Source of the DNA: Marsupella aquatica
Taxonomy: Eukaryota; Plantae; Marchantiophyta
Reading direction: 5' to 3'
DNA length: 64,000 nucleotides
NCBI GenBank assembly: GCA_973895155.1
Contig: OZ316899.1
Coordinates: 7,505,241 to 7,569,240 of the forward strand
In this document: in pieces, positions 23,889 through 35,148 of the stretch
How positions within the stretch are numbered: position 1 is the stretch's first letter
How the letters are laid out: each line of letters starts with the position of its first letter
Translations under genes and position numbers: made by a program
Notes under the pieces: model-generated
What the model was told of the DNA's origin: nothing
Databases searched by the model: none
Seen by the model: the letters and a program-made list of their open reading frames with translations, nothing else

Positions 23889-24904
23889 CCCCTCAAGACT
23901 CAGGGGGAGTGTGCACATACATTGGGCTGCCAGAAAGACAACACAGCTCCCTGGAGAATATGGCAACGACATTACCTCCAAGACGGCCACCACAACAGTA
24001 GCCAGCATACCACTCATCGACAGCACACCTCACCGAACAACCAATGAATGTCCATCAGCCCACCCATCAGAAGACCACCACTTCCGTAGAATCCAAGACT
24101 CACTGATATGCTGATAGAACCAACTCCACCAAAGCAGATAACAACTCTCAACGCGCAAATACGACCAATGCAACACCTTGGTGACAACCCAATCGCGACA
24201 TAACTCCACTGAGGCCCAGAGCCAACCAGAGCTACTTGATCATACATCCACACCGCACTATCCCGACCTTCTCGACAACAACGACAAATCTCCACTTTGC
24301 CCATACACATTTTTCCCGTTCAGAACCCACTACCTCCTCCTCTATATACACTTACACACCAAGCGACTGGATCCAATAACCTAAACCTCACACACCCGTA
24401 TCGACCCACGAAGGATCACCTTTGAACAATTACAAGCAACTTTTAGACAAAGACAATTCATTAGGGCACACATAGCACTATTAGGATTAACCAATCTAGA
24501 ATACAATAGTCAAACTCATGACATTAAATTTACTTAGATCACCCGATTCAACTAAGGGAATTAAAGGGACAGGTGGTAATACTTTTTCCTCCCACAGGAA
24601 AGGAGGGGAGGTTTTAATGAGGTTACACCCCACCTTTTAACATATTATACCCCCATAATACCATAGAATAGCAAACTACTTAATTTTTCCATAGATAATT
24701 AAGGTAGACTTTAGATGTCTGCATCTTTTATACAACAAAAGATGCATCCAAGGGGGAGTGTTGCAACCCCTAGGACAAGTCTACCTAAGGTTAGGACTAG
24801 ACCCCTAACCCATGGCAGTTACACCACCAACCACCTAGACAACCACCTATGTATATGAAGGGATTGGATGAGTAAAGAAGTTGGAGTTATTGTGATGTTG
24901 AACA
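23889..24904 (+). mobile_element. Element J: 3' UTR, PPT and 146-bp 3' LTR (24759-24904) of a Bianca-like copia element of the G family; host of B
   Basis: CAAGGGGGAG then TGTTGCAACCCC...TTGAACA, a diverged reverse complement of 39365-39510; the UTR resembles 39511-39730 and 53811-53840. Confidence 0.88.
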
Positions 24905-25214
24905 TAAAGGAATATTTTTTTTGTTAAGACCGGTATGGTTTTAACAACGAAATACCACTTTGGGGATAGTTCACTCTTGTAAAGGACGCCCTGAGTAATT
25001 TGGGATGAGAAACAAAGGATGCTTATGTTAGAATATATTTAACCCTTAGTCCATATGATGATACAAAGAGGTATGCAATACCTAGATATAAAGAGACACA
25101 AGACTAGGAGAGGGTAGTTACAACTACCCCAATGTACAATATAAGATAAGCCACATTGGCTTAAGAGAAATTCAATCATCTTTTGTTGGTGTATGTATAT
25201 TTCATAGTTTAACA

Positions 25215-25227
25215 CGTTATCAGCACA
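25215..25227 (+). promoter_or_regulatory. Bianca-type PBS (internal half of initiator tRNA-Met)
   Basis: CGTTATCAGCAC directly after the LTR; same motif on the minus strand at 58693-58705. Confidence 0.8.
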
Positions 25228-25372
25228 TGAATTTGCTCCTCCAACAACTCTCGAGCTACTCATAGGCCTCTTGTGAATTTTTTCCCTGTTCATGTGAACG
25301 AAGCATCGAACGAAATTCCCCAAGACACATTTCTTTTCTGTCGCCAAGTACACCACAAAAATTTTGTCGACT

Positions 25373-28300
25373 ATGACAACATTGGAGAAGCTCCAATTCC
25401 CATTGCTCGCAACAGATGGCGACAATTATTTATCTTGGGCACAGAATACAGAAATTGTTCTCAACATGAAAGGCCTCGGCGACATTATCTTAGCAGATAT
25501 CAATGGCACATTACAACAAAAGGCTCAGGCAATGTATATCATTCGCCATCACCTCTCTGCCAAACTACAACTTGAATACCTTACAGAGTTTAATCCCCAA
25601 GCCCTATGGGACGCTCTCAAATTGAGGTTCGACCATCTGCGTCTAATTTCCCTACCATCTGCACGAAATGAATGGATTCATTTACGAGTTCTAGACTACC
25701 CTACAATTGCCAAATTCAATAGCACCTTATTTCGGATAACTGCTCAGCTAACAGCCTGCGGCGAACCAATCGATGAAGCAGCAAAGATCGAGAAGACTCT
25801 TTCTACATTCTCGGCAGCAAACATGCAGTTATCGCAGATTTATAGACAACGCCATTTCACCCAATTCTCAGATTTGATTGCAGTCATGCTCCTGGCTGAA
25901 AAGAATGACCTCCTCCTTTTGAGGAACTCTCGCGAGTGACCACCAGGCACACTTCCTAAACCGGAAATACAATTCACGAATACCAATAGAGGTAATTGCT
26001 CTTACAATCGACCCCGTGGCCAATTTAAAGGCAATCCAAGTCGTTTTAATAAATTCCACAAGAGACAACAATTTCGCACAGACAAAGGCAAAATCTCCAA
26101 GCCTCCCATGAATTCTTGGTATCGTAACCCCAACCATATGTCAAATAAACCTACACAGAATTATCCCACAAATAATCAGCCCAAGTGTTTCCGTTGCGGT
26201 GGGACAGGGCATATCCAAAAGAATTGCAGAGTTCAAGCTCACCTAGTCAAACTATACCAGGCCACCCTCACAACATCCAACACCTTAACAGCCGCACATC
26301 ACTTGGAGATCGATGACGATCTCTCCAAATACACGCTTGCACCTCCCCCACCAGAGGTTCATATAGTATCACATGAAGTGAATGACACATCTCTCGCCGG
26401 TGCTGATATTTGCATTCTTGACAGCGGCACTTCTCACTCAATCCTAAAAGACAAATGTTATTTCCAGCACATATACCCATCAAATAGACCTGTGACTACT
26501 ATCACAGGTATAAACCAATTAGAGGAAGGCCATGGACCTGCCCAACTTACCCTTCCTCAAGGCACAACCATTAAAATTGCATCTGCCATATATGCCCCAC
26601 TCGCGACACGGAACTTACTAAGTTTCCATGATGTCCGCCAAAACAATCTCCATATACACTCTGCACCCGACAACCACATAAACTCTCTACAGATTTTTCG
26701 AGAAACTGCTAATGGCCCTATCACACTAGAGACATTACCACTCCATCCCCCCGGCGTTTATGCCACTAAGATCATGTCTTACAATTCCCAACGACAACAA
26801 TTATCCCCAACAGAATTATGGCATATCCACCTCGGCCACCCAGGCCCAGAGATGTACCATAAAATTATTAAGAACACCATTGGCATACCAAAAGGAGTAC
26901 ACCCATCCACAAAGTTAGACACTTGCATCCCCTGTGCACAAGGCAAATTTATCACTCATCCAGCTTCCACTAAGAACACCTATCAAATCCCTGACTTCCT
27001 CTCACAGATCAATGTGGACGTCTGCGGACCTATTGATCCACCGAGTGGACCATTTAGGTTTTTCCTAGTAATGATATGCTCCTCAACCAAATGGTCCTCT
27101 GTTTCTTTAATTTCCACAAGAAACCTTGTCTTTGCCAGACTGCTAACATAGCTTATACGTCTTCGCACTCAATTCCCTGACTCACCTACCAAAATAATTT
27201 GAATTGATAATGCTGGTGAATTTACATCACCAGCATTCGATGACTTCTGTCAAATCCTGGGCATCACAATTCAATACGTTTCCAGAATGGTACTGCAGAG
27301 GCATTAATAAAACGTTTACAGATGATCTCAAGACCTATGCTATTACAGACACAACTCCCACTTACAGCCTGGGGACATGCTATACTCCATGGCGATGCAC
27401 TACTGCGATATAGACCATCGGCTTTTAATATTTACACACCACACCAACTAGCATATGGCTCTATACCAGATATTACACACCTGAAAGTGTTTGGCTGCCT
27501 TGTTCTAGTACCCATTCTTGGCCCCAAGCACACCAAGATGGGACCACAGCGTTGACGTGGCATCTATGTTGGCTACGACTCTCCCTCGATAATAAGGTAT
27601 CTCGAACCCACCACTGCTGATGTGTTTCAAGCTTGATACCAGGACTGTAAATTCTGTGAAGAAATCTTCCCACCACTTCTAACTCCAACACAACTCTCCA
27701 AACAGCCTGTCTCAACACACACATTAGAATGGACAACAAAGGATCCATTCTGGAATGATCCTCGTACTCAATTGACAAACGATGAAGTGAAACGCATTCT
27801 GAATCTCCATCAAATTATGGAGAAAATACCTGACGCATTTAATGATGCTACAAATGTAACGAAATCACATATAGATGCAACCAATACTCCTGCAAGAATT
27901 CATATACCAGATACTCGAGCCACAGACCTCGCTCCCAAGGCTAAGCGAGGCAGACCTTCAGGTTCCAAAGACTCTAGACCACGGCAGAAGACACTTGTAT
28001 CAACACATTTATCCTTACAATTACCGCCAATCATACAGGATGAGAATGAAGAAATATCCATCCACTATATGCATACTGGACATTTATGGCATCAAAATTT
28101 AATTGAACCAGATGAGCATTTTGCTTTCCTTATATCCCAGGATATAACTAAAGATTTACCAGACCCTTGGACAATTAAAGAAGCACAACAACGACCAGAC
28201 TGGCCCAAATGGAACTCTGCTATTAACTCCGAGCTTGATTCTCTGATATCTCGCCAAGTTTTTGGAGAACTCCGAGTCGTCCCTGCTGCACAACACCTAA

Positions 28301-28626
28301 CTGGGTATAGGATTATATTGATACGCAAACATAATGCCGCAGGTGAAGTAATCCGCTACAAAGCCAGACTTGTGGCTAGAGGCTTACTCATTCACCGGTC
28401 ATGGACTCCATTACCTACCGATATCTGATTGCTTTTGCCCTCACACATCAAATTCGTATGCATCTTATGGACGTGGTAACTGCTTACCTTTACGGTATAC
28501 TTGATACTGACATACAAATGCAAGCTCCACCTGAATTAATTCAGAGGTAATTTTCCACATTAAGGGGGAGCATACAACCTCCCCAACCCCGGACCTAAAG
28601 TCGGGTATTGATAAGATTGTCCCTAC
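25373..28626 (+). pseudogene. gag-pol: gag-pol of element D, part 1 (gag, CCHC, protease, integrase, RT start)
   Basis: KAQAMYIIRHHL, CFRCGGTGHIQKNC, ILDSGTSH, WHIHLGHP, DVCGP, RYKARLVARG; several stops and indels. Confidence 0.93.
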
Positions 28627-29579
28627 TGTCGTATAGTGCTAAGTATCAAAAGTGACTCTCCTCACCTAAAACCAGGGTTTCGATCCCTTTAAGAACAGAT
28701 TTCAGAATGAATTGTATAACTTTTATCACTCCGAGTGATTTAGAGTCTTGAGCTCTATGTTGACTTCACTTCTCAATAAAAAAAATCGAATAAACAAACA
28801 ACAAAGTAACTGAACTTCTGATTTATGAATTAGAGAAGAAATGAGTAAGGATTTAGAGACTACAAGCTACTGCCACTCCTTCAGAAAGGATTTGGGCTCA
28901 GTATAGACATGAAATCTATCTCATAATTCATCCATCTCACTCTTCAAAACACAAAGGTTAATGATAATGGAATTCTCAATCTGATGAAGCAGAAGCTTTC
29001 TGATTGCAAATGAATGATATGATTTAAAATGCCGTCAACATGGTTTGACATCAGCGATACGCAATTCAGTCAAACTCTAAACCATATTCCAGAATCAAAG
29101 CAACAGTACTAACTACTCTGAGAATCAGAATTTACTTCTCATTTATCATTAACTATTCTTGAATTGGCTAGCGAATCCCGACTCTGCAAGCAAGCCTAGC
29201 AGTGAATTCAATACGAGTTTCAGAAATCTGCAACTGAATTCAATCACCACAGGAATCTCTTGAATTCAATCTTAACTTCAATCAATATAGCTTTACTTCC
29301 ATACAAAACACTCACAGCATGCCTTGTTACAATGGAAGGAGGAGAAAACTATTCAGAAGACTCAATTCTGAATACAGTATTAACTCTATTTCTCTCTACT
29401 TCAAATGAGCATTCTACTCTGTCTTATAAGTGCTGGAATCCTAAAATGGAGGAGGTAAGAACAGTCGTGCCTTTCCAAGCTTAAAACTAAACAAGGGAGA
29501 AGCACAGCATAAGTACTTCAACAAGGGTGGTAGAATACTACTTTACTAGTAATCTACTTCAAAAACTAAGTGTTGAGCG

Positions 29580-29845
29580 GACGCTGCTAGAAGCGTCGGG
29601 AGAATCTGGACGCTGCTAGAAGCGTCTTAAGTAAAACCAACGGACGCTGCTCACACTGCTCACAGCGTCAATACTAGGGTGGACGCTGCTCACAGCGTCG
29701 TGTGTTGAAGCTGACGCTTTCCACAGCGTCGGTCGAAATCCTCATAGAGTCTTGGTGGCGGTCGGGCACTGCCAAAAGCGTCATGAGGAGGTTGGACGCT
29801 TCCGCAGCGTCTTGAGTAAAAGAAACGGGCGCTGGTCACAGCGTC
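29580..29845. repeat. Array of ~8 palindromic GACGCT-N5/6-AGCGTC units with non-repeated spacers (duplicated at 34709-34974)
   Basis: Units start at 29580, 29609, 29643 (with a 9-bp internal duplication), 29682, 29713, 29765, 29795 and 29828. Confidence 0.9.
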
Positions 29846-30091
29846 GGGCAAAGTACACTAGGAATCGTCAGGAAAGCCGGAGATGTCAAATATTTCTATA
29901 AGTGTCCAGAACAAGTAAATGTTGGCCGGAAGGTGTCTAAAGTGTAAGTAAATCTTGTGATATGCTAAAAATAAACAAGTTTCCAGAAAAAATTGCAGGG
30001 ACACCCATACCACATAGCCCTCCACTTAAATTTCGCCGTGTCCCCACAAGACATGACCGAATTGAATCAGAAGCGAGTGACATGTTCTTCA

Positions 30092-30568
30092 TTAATAATA
30101 TTCTGGCTTAATAATCCAAGTAGTGCTCAAAATCATTGACGGGAGTTGGGAGATATCCGAATCCAGAATATAAAAATCGAGGTCATGGAATTCTTCTCCG
30201 ATCTGTATTGGGACTCCTTTAACTCTTCCCCAAAGATTAATGATTCGTCCATCGATTGATATCTGAGCAGATATCGGTTGTACTTCTTGATGAACAAATT
30301 GCTGGCACAGTCTGTGGGAGAGGAAATTAATTCGAGAGCCTGGATCAATAACAAAGTGTTGAATAGCATGTCCTCCCAGTTTGATCTTGCCTTCAAAGGA
30401 ATGTTGGAAAGCACGGGGTAAAGAATTCCAACAATCCATAGTAGCTTTGATGTCCCACATGAGCAGATAAATATCAATTCGAAGGAGAAAGAAGGAAACA
30501 ATTGCAGGATGCTGCAAAAGTAACGGCTTATATACATATAAATGACAACACCGTTTGATATCTCTCAT
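30092..30568 (-). CDS. Retropepsin-like aspartic protease domain ORF
   Basis: FVIDPGSRINFLS...GRVKGVPIQIG...LDFYIL...MILSTTW follows the retropepsin pattern; start codon uncertain. Confidence 0.65.
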   Translation of the reverse strand: MRDIKRCCHLYVYKPLLLQHPAIVSFFLLRIDIYLLMWDIKATMDCWNSLPRAFQHSFEGKIKLGGHAIQHFVIDPGSRINFLSHRLCQQFVHQEVQPISAQISIDGRIINLWGRVKGVPIQIGEEFHDLDFYILDSDISQLPSMILSTTWIIKPEYY

Positions 30569-30580
30569 AAATGGTGTCCT

Positions 30581-32473
30581 TCAAATCTGTGTCCTAGATA
30601 AAACACCTTGAATAATCACATCCGGATAAGAAGGAATAATAGGTAGGAACGCTAAACACCTAAGCGACTTGAACCCTTGGGAAGCCGGTAGCATACATTG
30701 TTTTGTAATCAACTGCTCCCTTAGCTTAACAAGCTTCTTCTCATATTTAATTGGAATAGCAAACCCACCAGGACAAACCCAAACATAGTATGGATAGGGC
30801 CATGGAATTTCCGGCACAAGGGGCGGAAATGGAGCTTGAGCTCGTCGAAGCATATACACCCAACACCAAATTTCGAACTCCGAAAACTTATGTCGTCTGT
30901 CCTTATCAATGGGAGGAACCGCCTTCCCAGGTTCATATGTGCGAATCAAACTACGAATCCTCGGATGGGATGTCATTGGCAAAATCTGCTGCTGCTGCAA
31001 AATGCTCTCCATCTCCAGATGTCGAAAAGCTACTCGAAAATGTTTCTTCTCCCACCTGTGAATTGAAGCCAAATTAGGGATAGGATTTCGGGGTGGCAAA
31101 TCCACTGTATGCCGAAGTCGAGGAGGTACTCTGATAATGCGAGGGTCTTCGTCTTCTTCTCCATCACTTGGTGCTCCTATCCAACGGAAAATTACATCTG
31201 GCATAGCGGAAGGAATCACTGACTCCTTAACTGGTCGAATTGGCAATGTAACAGGAGACGAAGGAGCAGAAGGTTCGGGCTCCAGTGGTTCAAATTCTTC
31301 TCTTGCAATAGTAGCTGGTTGATCTGCAATGGGATGCATTGGTACTAAAACAGGAAGTTCTTCTTTAAAATTATCGCTAGGTAAAGAGACTTCCTGGTTA
31401 GTTCGATCTGTCAAAAGTACAGGAAGGGGTAGCTCGTCTGTTCCGACAGGTGCTTCTCCCTGTTCAAAATCCTGGGAAGATGCTTCAGGAAAGATCTGTC
31501 GACTGATAGCATGGCGCAACCGTTTCCAAGATTTTCGAGTATACGTCACTGAAAACTCCTCCCGAATGTTTTTATCCTCGTTTGTAGCCAATGAAACTGG
31601 TGCTGAGCTGGTTGTCGAAGCGGGTGTCTCGGGTACCAATATGGGTACAGATATACCCATATTACCAGATACCTGATTGCGACTCGGAAAACCAGCAGAG
31701 CCTCCTTCAATCAACTCATCTTCAGGAGAAACCCATTTTACAGGCGGAAATGAAGGAGCTCCTATCGCGGCTATTGCCTCATCTAATTCCTTAGTTATAT
31801 CCAAAGGAATCGATATGAGTGAACCAGGTGTAGACCAGGCAGGGTATCTTGCGACAGATTGGGGAGAAGTCACTGGTTCACCTACTTCGTCTATATCCAC
31901 AATTGCATCCTCCGAATCAACTTTAACCAGCTTCACAATTTCTGAGCTTAATATTTCTGACTCCTGGACCAGAGGGATTTCACCTATATTTGGGCTAGAA
32001 CTAAGAGAGTCGGACGAATCATACTCCTGTAAAGCCTGCAAAGCATCACTATTTGCCTCTATGGGAACCAAAACAGGGGTAGAAGTAAATCCATCATACT
32101 CGTCCTCAGCAGTAGAATGTTGAAGAGGTTCCCCTGAAAAACCTTCTTCATCCACCCTCACCTCATCTTCAACATTCATCCGAGAAGCAGAATTATCCTG
32201 ATCAACATCATAAATAGGCTCGGCAGCACAAGGTGAACACGAGAGTCGAGGTGACATAGAATGCTCCAACCCTGTTGGCATTGCTGAAGGAACATCTTCG
32301 GCAACTTGAGCCTCTCTTGGTTGGTGAAGAATCGGATCGTCACTCCCTTCAGCTGATGCTCTTGTCTCTTTCAATTTCCGAACTTCACCCACCAGTTCAG
32401 GTTCCTCACAGTCGAGTATTGCACATAGCTCTACCACTGTGGAATTGGCTCGGACTTCTCGTACTTCAGGCAT
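30581..32473 (-). CDS. Acidic, Pro/Ser-rich accessory protein (630 aa); probably the C-terminal part of a longer disrupted ORF starting near 33024
   Basis: Long open frame. The upstream frame 33024-32431 is continuous apart from one TAG and overlaps its start in another frame. Confidence 0.7.
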   Translation of the reverse strand: MPEVREVRANSTVVELCAILDCEEPELVGEVRKLKETRASAEGSDDPILHQPREAQVAEDVPSAMPTGLEHSMSPRLSCSPCAAEPIYDVDQDNSASRMNVEDEVRVDEEGFSGEPLQHSTAEDEYDGFTSTPVLVPIEANSDALQALQEYDSSDSLSSSPNIGEIPLVQESEILSSEIVKLVKVDSEDAIVDIDEVGEPVTSPQSVARYPAWSTPGSLISIPLDITKELDEAIAAIGAPSFPPVKWVSPEDELIEGGSAGFPSRNQVSGNMGISVPILVPETPASTTSSAPVSLATNEDKNIREEFSVTYTRKSWKRLRHAISRQIFPEASSQDFEQGEAPVGTDELPLPVLLTDRTNQEVSLPSDNFKEELPVLVPMHPIADQPATIAREEFEPLEPEPSAPSSPVTLPIRPVKESVIPSAMPDVIFRWIGAPSDGEEDEDPRIIRVPPRLRHTVDLPPRNPIPNLASIHRWEKKHFRVAFRHLEMESILQQQQILPMTSHPRIRSLIRTYEPGKAVPPIDKDRRHKFSEFEIWCWVYMLRRAQAPFPPLVPEIPWPYPYYVWVCPGGFAIPIKYEKKLVKLREQLITKQCMLPASQGFKSLRCLAFLPIIPSYPDVIIQGVLSRTQI

Positions 32474-33024
32474 ATAATTTGCTTCACCGGTAGATGCTCT
32501 CTGATTGTTGCGATAAAATCTTTTTCCAAGACAAGCAGACAGTCATACTTATGGTAAATGTGAGCTAAATAAGGGGCCAAGTAGGTACACCTTATTTTCC
32601 CCGTTTTCAGCCTGCTACAAATTTTTTTGACCTGAGTATGAATTACTCGGTGCAAAACCTTCGTCCAATTGATAGACTGCGTCTGTTCTACATCCCTTGC
32701 ATGATTCCTCCCCCTTGCTATCCCGTAGCTAATACTTCCCTTCAGTGACCAGCCGAGATTCTAAAACCTCGTTTTCTCTGGTGCGTCCTTCAGGTTGAGA
32801 CGCGGAAAGGCACACCAGAAGCGTCGCGCACGTTGGTTCGTCACAGATTCCACCGGACGCTGCTCACAGCGTCCACTGGGATCGGACGCTACTCGAAGCG
32901 TCCTGACTTGCGGAATCTTCTGGGACGAATCGCATTGGACGCTCTTCGCGGCGTCCTTCCTTATCTCCTTTACGGTGGCGATTACTGGAACCGGGCGTTC
33001 CCCATAATCTCCGACTTCCTTCAC
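32431..33024 (-). pseudogene. N-terminal part of the element C accessory ORF
   Basis: DYGERPVP...F*NLGWSLKG...SINWTKVLHRVIHTQV...YLAPYLAHIY loosely resembles motifs of the A/B LTR ORF. Confidence 0.55.
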
Positions 33025-35148
33025 CCTGAAATTTCTTTACCACATGGTACGCTACACTAGGCCATCCTACTAATCAGACGTCTAACTCCTTCCTAATCTT
33101 CTACGCAATTCCTGGTGCATGATTCTTTCCGCTAACTCCCGAATGGAAATGACTAAATATCACTCCTGTGTGATCCTACCATTCAGCCTTAATATTACTA
33201 AATGCAAACTTTCATCTTCCCACCAGGTGATAGTTAACCAATGTATGCCATTCCTCCCTCTCAGGCTCAGAACCCAAGAATTAACATAACGATTCCTCAA
33301 ATTCCTAATTCTTAATGTTCCCAAAGATCGGATAGGTGGCATCGGTCACACGAACCAGGATGGTTGGACAATTTTACAAATCATACGTCCCGAGCAACGT
33401 TAGAATAACTTCACTTGTCACTCAAAGTGTCTTTGGTGTCTTCGACTATCTCCAAAGCAACTTGACGAGCAACAGCTCCTCTCTGTGAGGCCTTTTCTGG
33501 TGGGAGGGCGGTTTCTTCTCTTAAGTTTGGCACCACAAATTTTTCCAATACTCTTAAGAGAGCTTCCGGGGCGCTTTGGATAGAGTACGGCATCACCTCG
33601 AAATGGAAGCTCTTCATCTTTTTAACTGGAGTGATGACGCATCTTCACAATTATAGTAGAACGTGAATTCCTCTCCCGTCTAGCTCCTTCTGGCATACAC
33701 TGCCTGTACGTCAATTCAATCTTAAATTCGTTCCCCGGCAGCGGCGCCAAAAAGATGTCGTATAGTGCTAAGTATCAAAAGTGACTCTCCTCACCTAAAA
33801 CCAGGGTTTCGATCCCTTTAAGAACAGATTTCAGAATGAATTGTATAACTTTTATCACTCCGAGTGATTTAGAGTCTTGAGCTCTATGTTGACTTCACTT
33901 CTCAATAAAAAAAATCGAATAAACAAACAACAAAGTAACTGAACTTCTGATTTATGAATTAGAGAAGAAATGAGTAAGGATTTAGAGACTACAAGCTACT
34001 GCCACTCCTTCAGAAAGGATTTGGGCTCAGTATAGACATGAAATCTATCTCATAATTCATCCATCTCACTCTTCAAAACACAAAGGTTAATGATAATGGA
34101 ATTCTCAATCTGATGAAGCAGAAGCTTTCTGATTGCAAATGAATGATATGATTTAAAATGCCGTCAACATGGTTTGACATCAGCGATACGCAATTCAGTC
34201 AAACTCTAAACCATATTCCAGAATCAAAGCAACAGTACTAACTACTCTGAGAATCAGAATTTACTTCTCATTTATCATTAACTATTCTTGAATTGGCTAG
34301 CGAATCCCGACTCTGCAAGCAAGCCTAGCAGTGAATTCAATACGAGTTTCAGAAATCTGCAACTGAATTCAATCACCACAGGAATCTCTTGAATTCAATC
34401 TTAACTTCAATCAATATAGCTTTACTTCCATACAAAACACTCACAGCATGCCTTGTTACAATGGAAGGAGGAGAAAACTATTCAGAAGACTCAATTCTGA
34501 ATACAGTATTAACTCTATTTCTCTCTACTTCAAATGAGCATTCTACTCTGTCTTATAAGTGCTGGAATCCTAAAATGGAGGAGGTAAGAACAGTCGTGCC
34601 TTTCCAAGCTTAAAACTAAACAAGGGAGAAGCACAGCATAAGTACTTCAACAAGGGTGGTAGAATACTACTTTACTAGTAATCTACTTCAAAAACTAAGT
34701 GTTGAGCGGACGCTGCTAGAAGCGTCGGGAGAATCTGGACGCTGCTAGAAGCGTCTTAAGTAAAACCAACGGACGCTGCTCACACTGCTCACAGCGTCAA
34801 TACTAGGGTGGACGCTGCTCACAGCGTCGTGTGTTGAAGCTGACGCTTTCCACAGCGTCGGTCGAAATCCTCATAGAGTCTTGGTGGCGGTCGGGCACTG
34901 CCAAAAGCGTCATGAGGAGGTTGGACGCTTCCGCAGCGTCTTGAGTAAAAGAAACGGGCGCTGGTCACAGCGTCGGGCAAAGTACACTAGGAATCGTCAG
35001 GAAAGCCGGAGATGTCAAATATTTCTATAAGTGTCCAGAACAAGTAAATGTTGGCCGGAAGGTGTCTAAAGTGTAAGTAAATCTTGTGATATGCTAAAAA
35101 TAAACAAGTTTCCAGAAAAAATTGCAGGGACACCCATACCACACCTAC

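Larger units (their letters stand above)
28627..35143 (-). mobile_element. Element C: non-autonomous Athila-like LTR element lacking gag-pol
   Basis: 1388-bp LTRs at 28627-30014 and 33756-35143 (no differences seen by eye); TG...CA; TSD CCTAC; tRNA-Asp-type PBS TGGCGCCGCTGCCGGGGA (33732-33749); PPT 30015-30027. Confidence 0.95.

Noticed and set aside
24572-24634. Hammerhead ribozyme (TGATGAG/GAAA-like words)
   Set aside because: CUGANGA is not present (TTAATGAG or TTGATGAG instead) and the helix arrangement does not fit.
29260-29484. Short ORFs in LTR non-coding parts (also 13363-13557, 34389-34613, 40271-40477)
   Set aside because: They recur only because the LTRs are duplicated; no protein features.
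29580-29845. CRISPR array
   Set aside because: Units are 18 bp and degenerate, spacers are short, no cas genes are present, and the array lies within a eukaryotic LTR.
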